63,553 bases of DNA from Aliivibrio sp. (GTDB lineage: Bacteria > Pseudomonadota > Gammaproteobacteria > Enterobacterales > Vibrionaceae): positions 1-63,553 of the forward strand of contig JAAGZR010000662.1 of the NCBI GenBank assembly GCA_024206155.1. Direction: 5' to 3'. Below are positions 17,248 through 28,675 of the stretch, in pieces. The notes under the pieces were generated by a model. That model had not been told where the DNA came from. It was given only the letters and a program-made list of their open reading frames with translations, and made no database searches. Numbering within the stretch: the first letter of the stretch is position 1; each line of letters starts with the position of its first letter. Position numbers and translations under genes: made by a program.

Positions 17248-17754
17248 ATGGCGTTTCGTAAAGAATACAAAGAAAAAGGATTTGATACTTCTAAAACTAT
17301 TGGAGGTTATTTAAGTGTTGGTACTCACACTGTAAAAATAAAAACACCCATAGAAGATATGCAAACAACAATACGTATAACTTTATCTAATAATTTTGGC
17401 GATATAATTATTGATCGAATATTTATAAACAACCAAGACGGTAATGGATATAGCAAAAAATTAATGGATTTGTTAACAGCAGTTCCTTTGGAAGTGATGA
17501 AAGATGTAATTGACAGCGATAATTTTAGAAAGCTTGAAGGACAAGAGCTCTTAATTAGAGTGGTAAAAAGTGAAGGCAATTATATAGAAAGAGTTCATAA
17601 TGGCTTTATGATTAAAGGACCCGAAGAAATTTCTAAAATATTTCAAACATACAACCAAGCAAGAACAGCTCTTGACAATTTAGGAAACAAAGCTTATAAC
17701 CGAGTAGAGTCTTACTTTAAAACTGAAAAAATTAACAACAAAGGAGTGTGGTAA
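17248..17754 (+). CDS. Hypothetical replication-module protein (possible OB-fold SSB)
   Basis: GYLSVGTHTVKI N-terminus; sits directly before the polymerase. Confidence 0.45.
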   Translation: MAFRKEYKEKGFDTSKTIGGYLSVGTHTVKIKTPIEDMQTTIRITLSNNFGDIIIDRIFINNQDGNGYSKKLMDLLTAVPLEVMKDVIDSDNFRKLEGQELLIRVVKSEGNYIERVHNGFMIKGPEEISKIFQTYNQARTALDNLGNKAYNRVESYFKTEKINNKGVW

Positions 17755-19937
17755 TGAGCGAAATAACTAAACCTTACTCTTTGCTTAAGCCCGCAAAGTC
17801 TGGGAAATACGGCCCAAGATCCGATTACAAAATTGCTGATGCTGGTGATTGGTGGATGGCAGCTTCTATTGTAAATAGAATCGAAGGCCCCATCATTGTC
17901 GATTTCGAAACTACAGGATTAAACATATTTGCCGTTGATTTTAGAGCAGTAGGAATTGCTATTGCAGGAAAAAATTTAGAAGGAGGAATATACTTTAGTT
18001 TAAAAAATAAACAAAATGCCAAAGAATTAATTAAAGCTTTATGCAAAAGAAACTTAGTGGCGCACAATGTGTGCTATGATGCAGCCGTTTTGGAGATACT
18101 TTGCAACAAGTACAATTTACCGATTACCCTATCCCCTAGATGGCCATGGAAGTGGGACACAATTAGTATGTATTTTCATCTAAGCCAGCACGAGTGGATG
18201 GGTCAGAGTTACGGTCTCAATGCTGCACAGATAGACGTGTTAGGTTGGAAAGACAAAGGGGACGTTGAGCTAGACAAGTGGTTAGCAGAGAACGGACTAG
18301 GCAAGGGTGACATGTGGCAAGCGCCAGATTCAATCCTTGGCAAGTACGGCTGCTACGATGTGCAGTCTACTTATCAGTTGTTCGAGCATCTTCTTCCGCA
18401 GCTGGAGGCTTTTCCTGACGCAGTAAACTTCATATCAAAAACCGAAGTGCCGTACCACTATAGAGCAATAGTCGAAATGAGATTCCACGGTATCAAGATA
18501 GACACAGACAAATTAACAACATTAAAGAAAGAGTTGGAAGTCAACAACGAAGCATTTATTTCACGATTCATGAACCATGAACAAGTGCAAAATTGGATCG
18601 CCTCTGTCGACACTATCAAGCTAAAAGAATTAAAAGAAGCCGAACCTCCCAAGATGACAAAGACAGGGAAACTTGCGGCTCGATGGATTAAATGGGAAGA
18701 GAAGGTCGCCAATTATGAACCGGCCCACTGGCTAAACACCAACAGTAAACCCCAACTCCGTAACCTATTCTTTTCACACATATATAAAGTTAGTGAAGTC
18801 CGACCTTCTTTGGGTTGGGACGAAAAGCAAAGAGAATTCAAAGGTGGCAAGTTATTGTGGGAGGTAGACATCCACGCAGAAGGAAAGACAATCACACATG
18901 AGTGGGCGGCCAAGACAAACGACATTCCTATTTCAAAAGAACTACTACCAAAGCTTGGAGAAGTAGGGCAAATGTTATTTGACTACAACGCCGATGTGAA
19001 ACTGTTAGGGTATGCTAACGGGCTTGAAGATTCCTTAATAGACGGAGTACACCACGGACAGCTACGTCCCTTAGGAACTCTATCAGGACGGTGTGCGGGA
19101 AGTGGCGGAGTAAACCTCCAGCAGATCAGCAAAGACCCTAGATACCTTGAGTGTTTTGTTTCGCGTAAAAACCACACCTTGGTGGACGCAGATGTGACAG
19201 CCCTTGAGCCTTGCGTACTAGCGGAGCTCAGCGAGTGTCCGTCTTACATGAAGTTGTACGGGCCAGACGCAAAGCCAAATGACATATATCTTTTTGTCGG
19301 AAGTAATACAAAAGCTATGGGAGCAACACTCAGAGCGGAGGGATACAACCCCGATTCACCTACCCTAGAAGCTATTGCAAAAACTAAAAAGAAAATGAAA
19401 AGAGAGCGAGGCATTGCGAAGGTACTTCATCTGAGTAGTGGCTATGGAGCTGGGCCTGCCAAGATATGGAAGACCTTGGTCAGTCAAGGTGTTGACTTGT
19501 CTTTGGATGAGGCGAAGGAAATTCACAAGGACTACTGGGAATTGTTCAAGCGAGTAAAAGAATTCGAGGAAGAATTAAAAGATGTTCGCGTTAATAACGG
19601 CGGTTGGATACTAGACGGACTTGGCCTGCCTATAACTATAGGAAGACATAAATTAAAAGACATTTTAAACACTGTAATTCAAGGCACAGGACATAGAATT
19701 TTAGTAAGACATATTGCTAACGTGATGAAATTACGGGACGAAAAGCGAGCACCCTTCAACATGTGGATAGCAGATTTCCACGACGAAACGATTGTAGAAA
19801 CTAGAGATGAAGATGTCAAGGAAGTTTTAGATGTGTTTAATTTAGCTGAAAAGTTGACAAACGAACAACTTGCTGGTAAGATTTATTTAAAGATTGAGCC
19901 AGAAACTGGTGTAGATCTTAGACCTTTTAAATTGTAG
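17748..19937 (+). CDS. polA: Family A DNA polymerase with 3'-5' exonuclease domain
   Basis: ExoI DFETTG, ExoII HNVCYD, ExoIII YGCYD; motif A DVTALE, motif B RGIAKVLHLSSGYG, motif C FHDE. Confidence 0.95.
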   Translation: MVMSEITKPYSLLKPAKSGKYGPRSDYKIADAGDWWMAASIVNRIEGPIIVDFETTGLNIFAVDFRAVGIAIAGKNLEGGIYFSLKNKQNAKELIKALCKRNLVAHNVCYDAAVLEILCNKYNLPITLSPRWPWKWDTISMYFHLSQHEWMGQSYGLNAAQIDVLGWKDKGDVELDKWLAENGLGKGDMWQAPDSILGKYGCYDVQSTYQLFEHLLPQLEAFPDAVNFISKTEVPYHYRAIVEMRFHGIKIDTDKLTTLKKELEVNNEAFISRFMNHEQVQNWIASVDTIKLKELKEAEPPKMTKTGKLAARWIKWEEKVANYEPAHWLNTNSKPQLRNLFFSHIYKVSEVRPSLGWDEKQREFKGGKLLWEVDIHAEGKTITHEWAAKTNDIPISKELLPKLGEVGQMLFDYNADVKLLGYANGLEDSLIDGVHHGQLRPLGTLSGRCAGSGGVNLQQISKDPRYLECFVSRKNHTLVDADVTALEPCVLAELSECPSYMKLYGPDAKPNDIYLFVGSNTKAMGATLRAEGYNPDSPTLEAIAKTKKKMKRERGIAKVLHLSSGYGAGPAKIWKTLVSQGVDLSLDEAKEIHKDYWELFKRVKEFEEELKDVRVNNGGWILDGLGLPITIGRHKLKDILNTVIQGTGHRILVRHIANVMKLRDEKRAPFNMWIADFHDETIVETRDEDVKEVLDVFNLAEKLTNEQLAGKIYLKIEPETGVDLRPFKL

Positions 19938-19945
19938 GAACCACA

Positions 19946-20686
19946 ATGAAACATAACGAAATTAAATATGATTATAGGGGAAAACAAATACTTGTTATTC
20001 CTGATATGCACATGCCTTATCACCATAAAGATGCATTAGATTTTTTAAAAAGCTTAAAAAAGGAATATGAATATTTTGATATGGTAGTAAACTTAGGAGA
20101 TCTTGTAGACTTTCATAACATCAGCTTTCATAGTAGTGATCCTGACTTATTTAATGCAGGAGATGAGCTTGACTTTGCTATTGAAGGATGTCAATCTTTA
20201 GAAACAATCTTTCCTGATATGTACATAATTGGTAGTAATCACGGGGATTTACCACTTAGAAAATTTATCGCTAATGGACTGCCTCGCAAGCTTATTAAAA
20301 GCTACAATGAAATTTTTGAGGTAGGGGAAGGTTGGAAGTTTGTGCCTGACCTAACACTTAAGACTGATAGCAAAGCACTTCCAGACATTTACTTTCATCA
20401 CGGTATAAAAAAGAATGGACTAGCTGTAGCCAATCAAAGAGGACAAAAAATAGTACAAGGGCATTTTCACACAGAGTTTAAAACTGAATATAGTGGTAAT
20501 CCTAATAGCTTGCTATGGAGCCTGCAAGCCGGGTGTTTAATTGATGATGAGAGCCTTGCTTTTGCTTATAATAAATTAACTAAGGATAGGCCAGTGCTAG
20601 GTGCTGCTGTCATTATTGACGGCATGCCTGTATTGGAGCCTATGATACTTAATCGTAACGGAAAATGGATAGGAGAAACAAAATGA
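19946..20686 (+). CDS. Calcineurin-like metallophosphoesterase
   Basis: DMH, GDLVD, SNH, HHG and GHFH motifs. Confidence 0.9.
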   Translation: MKHNEIKYDYRGKQILVIPDMHMPYHHKDALDFLKSLKKEYEYFDMVVNLGDLVDFHNISFHSSDPDLFNAGDELDFAIEGCQSLETIFPDMYIIGSNHGDLPLRKFIANGLPRKLIKSYNEIFEVGEGWKFVPDLTLKTDSKALPDIYFHHGIKKNGLAVANQRGQKIVQGHFHTEFKTEYSGNPNSLLWSLQAGCLIDDESLAFAYNKLTKDRPVLGAAVIIDGMPVLEPMILNRNGKWIGETK

Positions 20687-21003
20687 AATTAATTCCAATT
20701 GGTGATTTTATCACTGCTAGTTGGGTCGTTATCGTTCCAGAAAATGACACTACTAAATTTGATATGCTAGATGATGCAAATGTAGCAAACCTGGAAGTTG
20801 CCCTCAGGGTAGTTAACTCGGGAAGTAACAAGGATGTAGGTTCTGGAGATGTCATTATGACCGGAATAAACTTTGACGCGAATGCTATGAATCCTTTTGG
20901 ACAATTAGTTCCGAGCAACTTAATTTTTGCGAAGTTAGATGCAGGAGAGAGAGAGGTAGTAGATTATGTCGAATACTTCAAAAGGCTTGAATCACGTAAG
21001 TAA
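20683..21003 (+). CDS. Probable divergent GroES-like co-chaperonin
   Basis: MKLIPIGDFI...VVNSGSNKDVGSGDVIM...LVPSNLIFAKLD parallels GroES MNIRPLHDRV...VLAVGNG...DVKVGDIVIF...IMSESDILAIVE; AGGAG SD before 20683. Confidence 0.55.
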   Translation: MKLIPIGDFITASWVVIVPENDTTKFDMLDDANVANLEVALRVVNSGSNKDVGSGDVIMTGINFDANAMNPFGQLVPSNLIFAKLDAGEREVVDYVEYFKRLESRK

Positions 21004-21462
21004 CCAAGTTAATGAATATGCCCAATGGATTAAGGCTCATTTAGTGGGAATAGAATGGACGTTAGAAAAAACAGCTAGGGAAAAAGGTATTCCAAGCCCT
21101 AATTTTGAGCTTGAGCTTTTAAAATTTAACACAGAGTTACGTAAGCTACAAGACCAACTTGAGTTGTTAGAATGGTTACAAGGGGTTATTAAAGATGCCA
21201 AATAACAAGCCTAACTTAGGTATAGTTAAAGAATTTATTGTTAAAGCCCGTATAGAACTTTACACCGGGGGGGCTCAGGATCTAGAGTCCCCCGAAATCA
21301 TAACCTACCACACCCTACTAATATCCGCAGTAAGCAAACCCCAAGCCGAAAAAGAAGCAAAAGAAAAATTAAAGCTAAAAATACCCGAAAGGACTGACGG
21401 AAGTGTTGTTGTAGAAGGATGCACAAGAGGCGTATAAAATTTAATACAAAACGTTCTCCGTC

Positions 21463-21512
21463 ATGATCTATGTGTAGATCATTCGTACCCCATATGATCT
21501 ATGTGTAGATCA
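21463..21512. repeat. Two copies of the palindromic 19-mer ATGATCTATGTGTAGATCA
   Basis: At 21463-21481 and 21494-21512; each is TGATCTA-tgtg-TAGATCA; intergenic, just upstream of the primase. Confidence 0.9.
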
Positions 21513-21537
21513 AAAACTTTAGAGAAAGGAAACAGAC

Positions 21538-22344
21538 GTGATCAAACATGAGTGGCGTATGACTCCGTGGCGCAAAGAAAAAGAACCTCCTTTAATAGCG
21601 ACCTACGACGAGCTTGATCGCCTATATACGTTTCGTAGTGTTTATGGATATCCAGAAAAAACCCAAGAATACATAGCTGCTACAGAAGCTGTACGAGGGG
21701 TAAAGAATTTTCCAGTACAATCTTCAACTTTATATATTGACGTAGACGAGGAGGAAAACATACAAGAAGTACAAAAAGCCATAGACAATTTAGGGGCCGG
21801 GTACTCTCGTTATGACACAGGGAACAGAGGAGCTCATTGGCACATAGACACTGCTAATATATGCCACAATTGGCTGCCTAATTCTCACTTGGAATTTGTT
21901 CGTTCCATAGGAATACTAAATTTAATAGACGACACCATTTACCGACACCATAGTATAATAAGATGTCCTGGAGCTGTCCATTCCAAAACCGGAAAGATTA
22001 AAAAATTAACAAGCCGAGTAGAAGGACCTGTATTAGAAATACCTTTGGTCAAACCAAAAGAGCAAGCTTACGAAATCATAGAAGAAGGAGATCCAGAAGC
22101 CCTGCTCGATTTTCAAAGGAACTTATTGCAGTTTAGAGGGGAAGGAAAAAGACACGGTCATATGTTTATTTTATTCCAAAGTGGAATTAGGGCTGGACTT
22201 TCTAGCGACGAAGTGCTAGAATACTTGTATTGGTGGAACAGCCGACAAAACCCTTCGCATAAAGAAGAAGCGGTACTTAAAAAATGGAAAGGATTCTGTG
22301 GTGGCCAGATCAAAAAAACCTCGACAACCAACAGAACATTGTGA
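21538..22344 (+). CDS. Archaeo-eukaryotic-type primase (prim-pol) with PriCT-like C-terminus
   Basis: YIDVD (motif I), TGNRGAHWH (motif II), IIRCPG..H.KTG, EGKRHGHMF. Confidence 0.75.
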   Translation: MIKHEWRMTPWRKEKEPPLIATYDELDRLYTFRSVYGYPEKTQEYIAATEAVRGVKNFPVQSSTLYIDVDEEENIQEVQKAIDNLGAGYSRYDTGNRGAHWHIDTANICHNWLPNSHLEFVRSIGILNLIDDTIYRHHSIIRCPGAVHSKTGKIKKLTSRVEGPVLEIPLVKPKEQAYEIIEEGDPEALLDFQRNLLQFRGEGKRHGHMFILFQSGIRAGLSSDEVLEYLYWWNSRQNPSHKEEAVLKKWKGFCGGQIKKTSTTNRTL

Positions 22345-22861
22345 ATTAGAAGTCCTTGAAGGTAGCATGCTTGTTATTGATCCTTCTTCAGGTAAGACCG
22401 GTAAAGGAGGCTATGCAGAGTTTAATGGAGGAGTTTTTATAGAGTGTGGATTTATACCATTTAAAGAACATAAAGTAGCACTTAAAAGATTTCAAAATTT
22501 AAGAAACTATCTCATGAAAAACTTTAACGCCGAATACGATGTGATTGGACTAGAACTTCTAAAAGGAAGAGGTAGGGGCTATAGCGTTCCTATAGTCCTT
22601 AAACAAGCAATCTCTGTTTTTGCTGCTTGTACTAATTGGAATAAAGTCTACATGGTATCTCCCATGATGTGGCAAGCCATAGCTAAAAGGTTAGGAGGTT
22701 GGATTAAGAGAGATGATATAGATGCCGTCTACATGGGGTACGCAGCTATAGCTCTTGCAGCAGGATACTCAAGCAAGTGGAAAAGGGAAGCTCAAGAAGC
22801 TTTTCTAAAAGAATTAGTAGAAGAATACAATTGGAAGTTAGATTGGAGTGAATATGATTAG
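22298..22861 (+). CDS. RuvC-like Holliday junction resolvase
   Basis: MLVIDPS...GGYA, IGLE, VSPMMWQ and DDIDAV catalytic pattern. Confidence 0.7.
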   Translation: MVARSKKPRQPTEHCELEVLEGSMLVIDPSSGKTGKGGYAEFNGGVFIECGFIPFKEHKVALKRFQNLRNYLMKNFNAEYDVIGLELLKGRGRGYSVPIVLKQAISVFAACTNWNKVYMVSPMMWQAIAKRLGGWIKRDDIDAVYMGYAAIALAAGYSSKWKREAQEAFLKELVEEYNWKLDWSEYD

Positions 22862-23034
22862 AACAGCGATACAAGTAATAAAAAGTGAAATAAAAGAAAG
22901 AGTGGATTTATTAGAAAAATACAAAAAGCAGCACAATAGCCTAATGAATTCAGCAAATGATAAACGGTCAGAAATAGAAAGGCTAGAAGCTGAAGTTGTA
23001 CATTATAAAAAAGCAGTCCTAGCTTTGGAGAAGG

Positions 23035-24504
23035 ATGATGAAACAAATTGACTTTCTAAACTACTTCCCATTTTCAAGTATAAGAGAAGGTCAAAATATC
23101 ACTCTAAATGAAGCACAAAAAACAATCCATGATTGGGATGTGCTTGTAGTTCGAGCTCCTGTAGGATCTGGAAAATCAGCTATAGCTGTAGCTATGCAGC
23201 TGGGATTTAATGCAGCAGGATTAGGATGCTCTATCCTCACACCTAATAACATTCTTCGTGCACAATACACAGAAGAGTTCAATCACTTAAGTACAGTATT
23301 TTCAATTAACGATTATGTAGTTCCAAAGCACAGCTTATGGCATGGACGTCGTAAACTTCCCCACAAAGATCTAGGAGTGGGTGATTTTAAAAAAATGTAC
23401 GGAGTATGGCCAAGAGGAAACGAGTACACTAAAGACTTAAACCACTGCAAAAAGAAACTCACCCCTACATGTCTTAATTACTACAGCTACTTAGCTCATA
23501 GAATGTATAAAGATGTCGTTATCTTTGACGAAGGACATAACGTACTTGAAATGCTAAAGAATGTTCATGCATTTAAAATATGGAAACACCTAGTCAACTT
23601 CCCTTCAGGCCTTAAAACTTTTGGGGAGTTATTAGAGTGGGCCGAAGAAAACCAAAACTTTGCAAGAGTGGGAGATCTTCTTAAAGAACTACAAAGGCAA
23701 CACCCCGCTAGTGTCATTGAGTATGCAAACGATTCTTATCATGGACAACTTAAAGAATGCATAAAAGTTCGACCTCTATCGGTATCTGACTATAGCCCTA
23801 TATTATGGCCCGACAAGACTAAACGCATAATTATAATGAGCGCCACAATATCTAAACATGAGATTAGTAAACTGGGGTTAAGTGATCGTGTTGTAAAATA
23901 CGTAGACACTCTTTCTCCTATACCTATAGAAAGAAGGCCTTTGGTTCCTCTTAGTGTTGCAGACATGTCTTACCGCAATCAACCAGAAAGTATACCTTTA
24001 ATTGCCCAAAAAATTATAGACTTAGCAAGTAAACATAAAGGAGAAAAAGGATTAATTCACGCAACTTACGGAATTGCTCAAAAACTTAAAGCACATTTGT
24101 CGGAAAATCCTCGGTTTATTTTTCACAACCACGTGAATAAAAAAGAAATATTTAATAAGTTTAAAGAAAGTGATGATCTTATTCTAATCGGTAGTGGAAT
24201 GTCGGAAGGTATAAGTCTGTACCAAGATTTAGCTAGATGGCAGTGTATTACAAAAGTACCCTACCCTAGTTTAGTTGATAGTAGCAATCGATGGATTCTT
24301 AAAAATGAGCCAGAGTACTATAGATGGCTAACCGCCCGAGAACTTTTACAAAGTTATGGAAGAGTCAGCAGAGGAGAGGATGACTACGGTATTACTTACG
24401 TGCTTGATTCATCATGGGAAAGGTGGTATACTCAAACAAAGGCGGACTTACCCGCGTGGTTTAAAGAAGGGGTAGTGACTGATGAAAAACTATTGGATAG
24501 ATAA
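23035..24504 (+). CDS. DinG/XPD-like SF2 helicase
   Basis: APVGSGKS, DEGH, MSAT, SEGI, KVPYP and QSYGRVSRGEDDYG. Confidence 0.9.
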   Translation: MMKQIDFLNYFPFSSIREGQNITLNEAQKTIHDWDVLVVRAPVGSGKSAIAVAMQLGFNAAGLGCSILTPNNILRAQYTEEFNHLSTVFSINDYVVPKHSLWHGRRKLPHKDLGVGDFKKMYGVWPRGNEYTKDLNHCKKKLTPTCLNYYSYLAHRMYKDVVIFDEGHNVLEMLKNVHAFKIWKHLVNFPSGLKTFGELLEWAEENQNFARVGDLLKELQRQHPASVIEYANDSYHGQLKECIKVRPLSVSDYSPILWPDKTKRIIIMSATISKHEISKLGLSDRVVKYVDTLSPIPIERRPLVPLSVADMSYRNQPESIPLIAQKIIDLASKHKGEKGLIHATYGIAQKLKAHLSENPRFIFHNHVNKKEIFNKFKESDDLILIGSGMSEGISLYQDLARWQCITKVPYPSLVDSSNRWILKNEPEYYRWLTARELLQSYGRVSRGEDDYGITYVLDSSWERWYTQTKADLPAWFKEGVVTDEKLLDR

Positions 24505-24754
24505 CGAAGGTGGAGTGTTCATGAACAAAGAACAGAGCATGCAAGATTTAGTAACTAATGGATATATTAAGTGGTATAAAAGGATTACCGAAAAAGAGTT
24601 TAAAGATTTTTTAATAAAAGGAGAGATCTAGTGTCCTGGATTTACTTGCATTATGATTGGGAATATGAAGATGACTTGGGGCGCTGCAGTAGTTGCGGAA
24701 GTTTAGTATATAAAAAAGCTTTTAGTACCCACATGATTTATTGCAGGGGAGCAT

Positions 24755-25102
24755 ATGCCAAAGAAGAAAGAGAGGAAAGCACAAGGATCAGGAGAGAAGA
24801 AACTACGAGACCAGCGGAAGACAATCAGCCAACTAAAAGCCCAAATACGTCAATTACGGAAAGCCCTAACCCTGACGGAAGAGAGGGTTATCCAGCTACA
24901 AGACGCTCAGGGGGATCAGGAAGTAGTTGAAACAGCTCGTAAAATAGCACGGGGGAAACGGAAACGACTTGACAACTGTGAGAAGTGTGGTATACTGGCA
25001 ATAGAAGAGCAGGTAACAGATTTAGGGGCCAGGTATATGGTAGTTAAAATTTGTAATAGTTGTGGGTTTCATCAAAGTACGGAATTTAAAAAGAAAGATT
25101 AA
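24755..25102 (+). CDS. Coiled-coil plus Zn-ribbon protein
   Basis: Coiled coil followed by CEKC...CNSC; GGAG SD. Confidence 0.55.
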   Translation: MPKKKERKAQGSGEKKLRDQRKTISQLKAQIRQLRKALTLTEERVIQLQDAQGDQEVVETARKIARGKRKRLDNCEKCGILAIEEQVTDLGARYMVVKICNSCGFHQSTEFKKKD

Positions 25103-25115
25103 TTGAAAGGACATA

Positions 25116-25286
25116 ATGAAAGCACTAAATAACCATCACATTAAGTCTTGGTCTGGGTGTAGGTCTGGGTGTAGGTCTGGGTATATTTCTTGGTCTGGGT
25201 ATATTTCTTGGTCTTGGTGTAGGTCTGGGTCTATGTTTGGGGTTTGGTCTAGTTCTCGGTCTAGGTCTAGGTCTGGGGGATCATAA
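25116..25286 (+). CDS. SRW peptide B1 (56 aa)
   Basis: MKALNNHHIKSWSGCRSGCRSGYISWSGYISWSWCRSGSMFGVWSSSRSRSRSGGS*; AAGGA SD. Confidence 0.7.
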   Translation: MKALNNHHIKSWSGCRSGCRSGYISWSGYISWSWCRSGSMFGVWSSSRSRSRSGGS

Positions 25287-25432
25287 TGAAAGCACTAAAT
25301 AACTATCACAGTGAGTCTGAGTCTAGGTCTGGATCTGGATCTGAGTCTCAGCATCGGTATGGGTCCTGGTCTAGGTCTAGGTCTATGGATTGGTCTAGGT
25401 CTTGGTCTATGTCTAGAACAAGGAGAGCATGA
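25286..25432 (+). CDS. SRW peptide B2 (48 aa)
   Basis: MKALNNYHSESESRSGSGSESQHRYGSWSRSRSMDWSRSWSMSRTRRA*; TAATG-coupled. Confidence 0.7.
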   Translation: MKALNNYHSESESRSGSGSESQHRYGSWSRSRSMDWSRSWSMSRTRRA

Positions 25433-25515
25433 TGAAAGCACTAAATAACTATCACAGTGAGTCTAGGTCTTGGTCTGTGTCTAGGTGGTCTAGGTCTTGG
25501 TCTGGGGGATCATAA
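25432..25515 (+). CDS. SRW peptide B3 (27 aa)
   Basis: MKALNNYHSESRSWSVSRWSRSWSGGS*; AGGAG SD; TGATG-coupled. Confidence 0.7.
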   Translation: MKALNNYHSESRSWSVSRWSRSWSGGS

Positions 25516-25669
25516 TGAAAGCAATGAATAACTATCACAGTGAGTCTGAGTCTAGGTCTAGGTATGGGGTTTGGTCTAAGTCTTGGTGTGAGTCTAGGCA
25601 CTCTTTTAGGGCTTGGTCTAAATCTGGGTCTAGGGCTTGGTCTTGTTGTATTTCTAAGTCTGGGGAAGC

Positions 25670-25673
<4 letters not shown>
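25515..25673 (+). CDS. SRW peptide B4 (52 aa)
   Basis: MKAMNNYHSESESRSRYGVWSKSWCESRHSFRAWSKSGSRAWSCCISKSGEA*; TAATG-coupled; its stop overlaps the ATG at 25670. Confidence 0.7.
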
Positions 25674-28054
<2,381 letters not shown>

Positions 28055-28628
28055 ACTGGAGGAATGCCGTGAGTAACATAAAGTCCCTTAACGACCTTAG
28101 AAAAGTAGAGGATCTTAGGATCTCTGTCTTAGCCTCGTACTTAGCGGACTGTATAGAGAAAATAGATGAATTAGAGGGAAGGTTAAAAGATGAACGTAAA
28201 GCAACTAAGGCCAGAATCGAAGAACTCGAAACGCTCATTATTCGATTGGAAGAGATTATTGAGGGCGATTAAAGAAAAATTTAAAAACAGAAGGCTACGT
28301 AAGATAGACAAATTCATAGCTAAAGAAATTATAATGAGCATAGGACATCAACCTACCTCACTAACTTATAACGACTCTCGTAAATATTGGGAGATATCTT
28401 GGGACAATCATAACGGCGAGTACCTTAAACTAAAGGTAAGCTCCAAGCTTTATATGAATGTAGATAGTAATACGAGGGTGAAGGCCATATGGTATCAATT
28501 TGTTCACCCAAGAAGTGCAGATAGTGGATTACAGGCGTGGCCTATTACTGATGGAAATTGTTTGGTAAATTTAATTTATAACTGTAGAGAAGCTTTGTCA
28601 TTGTTGCATTCACTAAATTAATGCCCTT

Positions 28629-28644
28629 GGGGGCCGAAGCCCCC
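28629..28644. terminator. GC hairpin at the convergence of the + and - operons
   Basis: GGGGGC-CGAA-GCCCCC (cUUCGg loop on the minus strand); no clear U-tract. Confidence 0.55.
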
Positions 28645-28675
28645 GCCAACTAATCACCTTCCGCCCGCCCATACA

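Noticed and set aside
12091-25286. DGR template/variable repeat pair
   Set aside because: Differences are mainly in-frame duplications, not adenine-specific substitutions, and no reverse transcriptase was seen.
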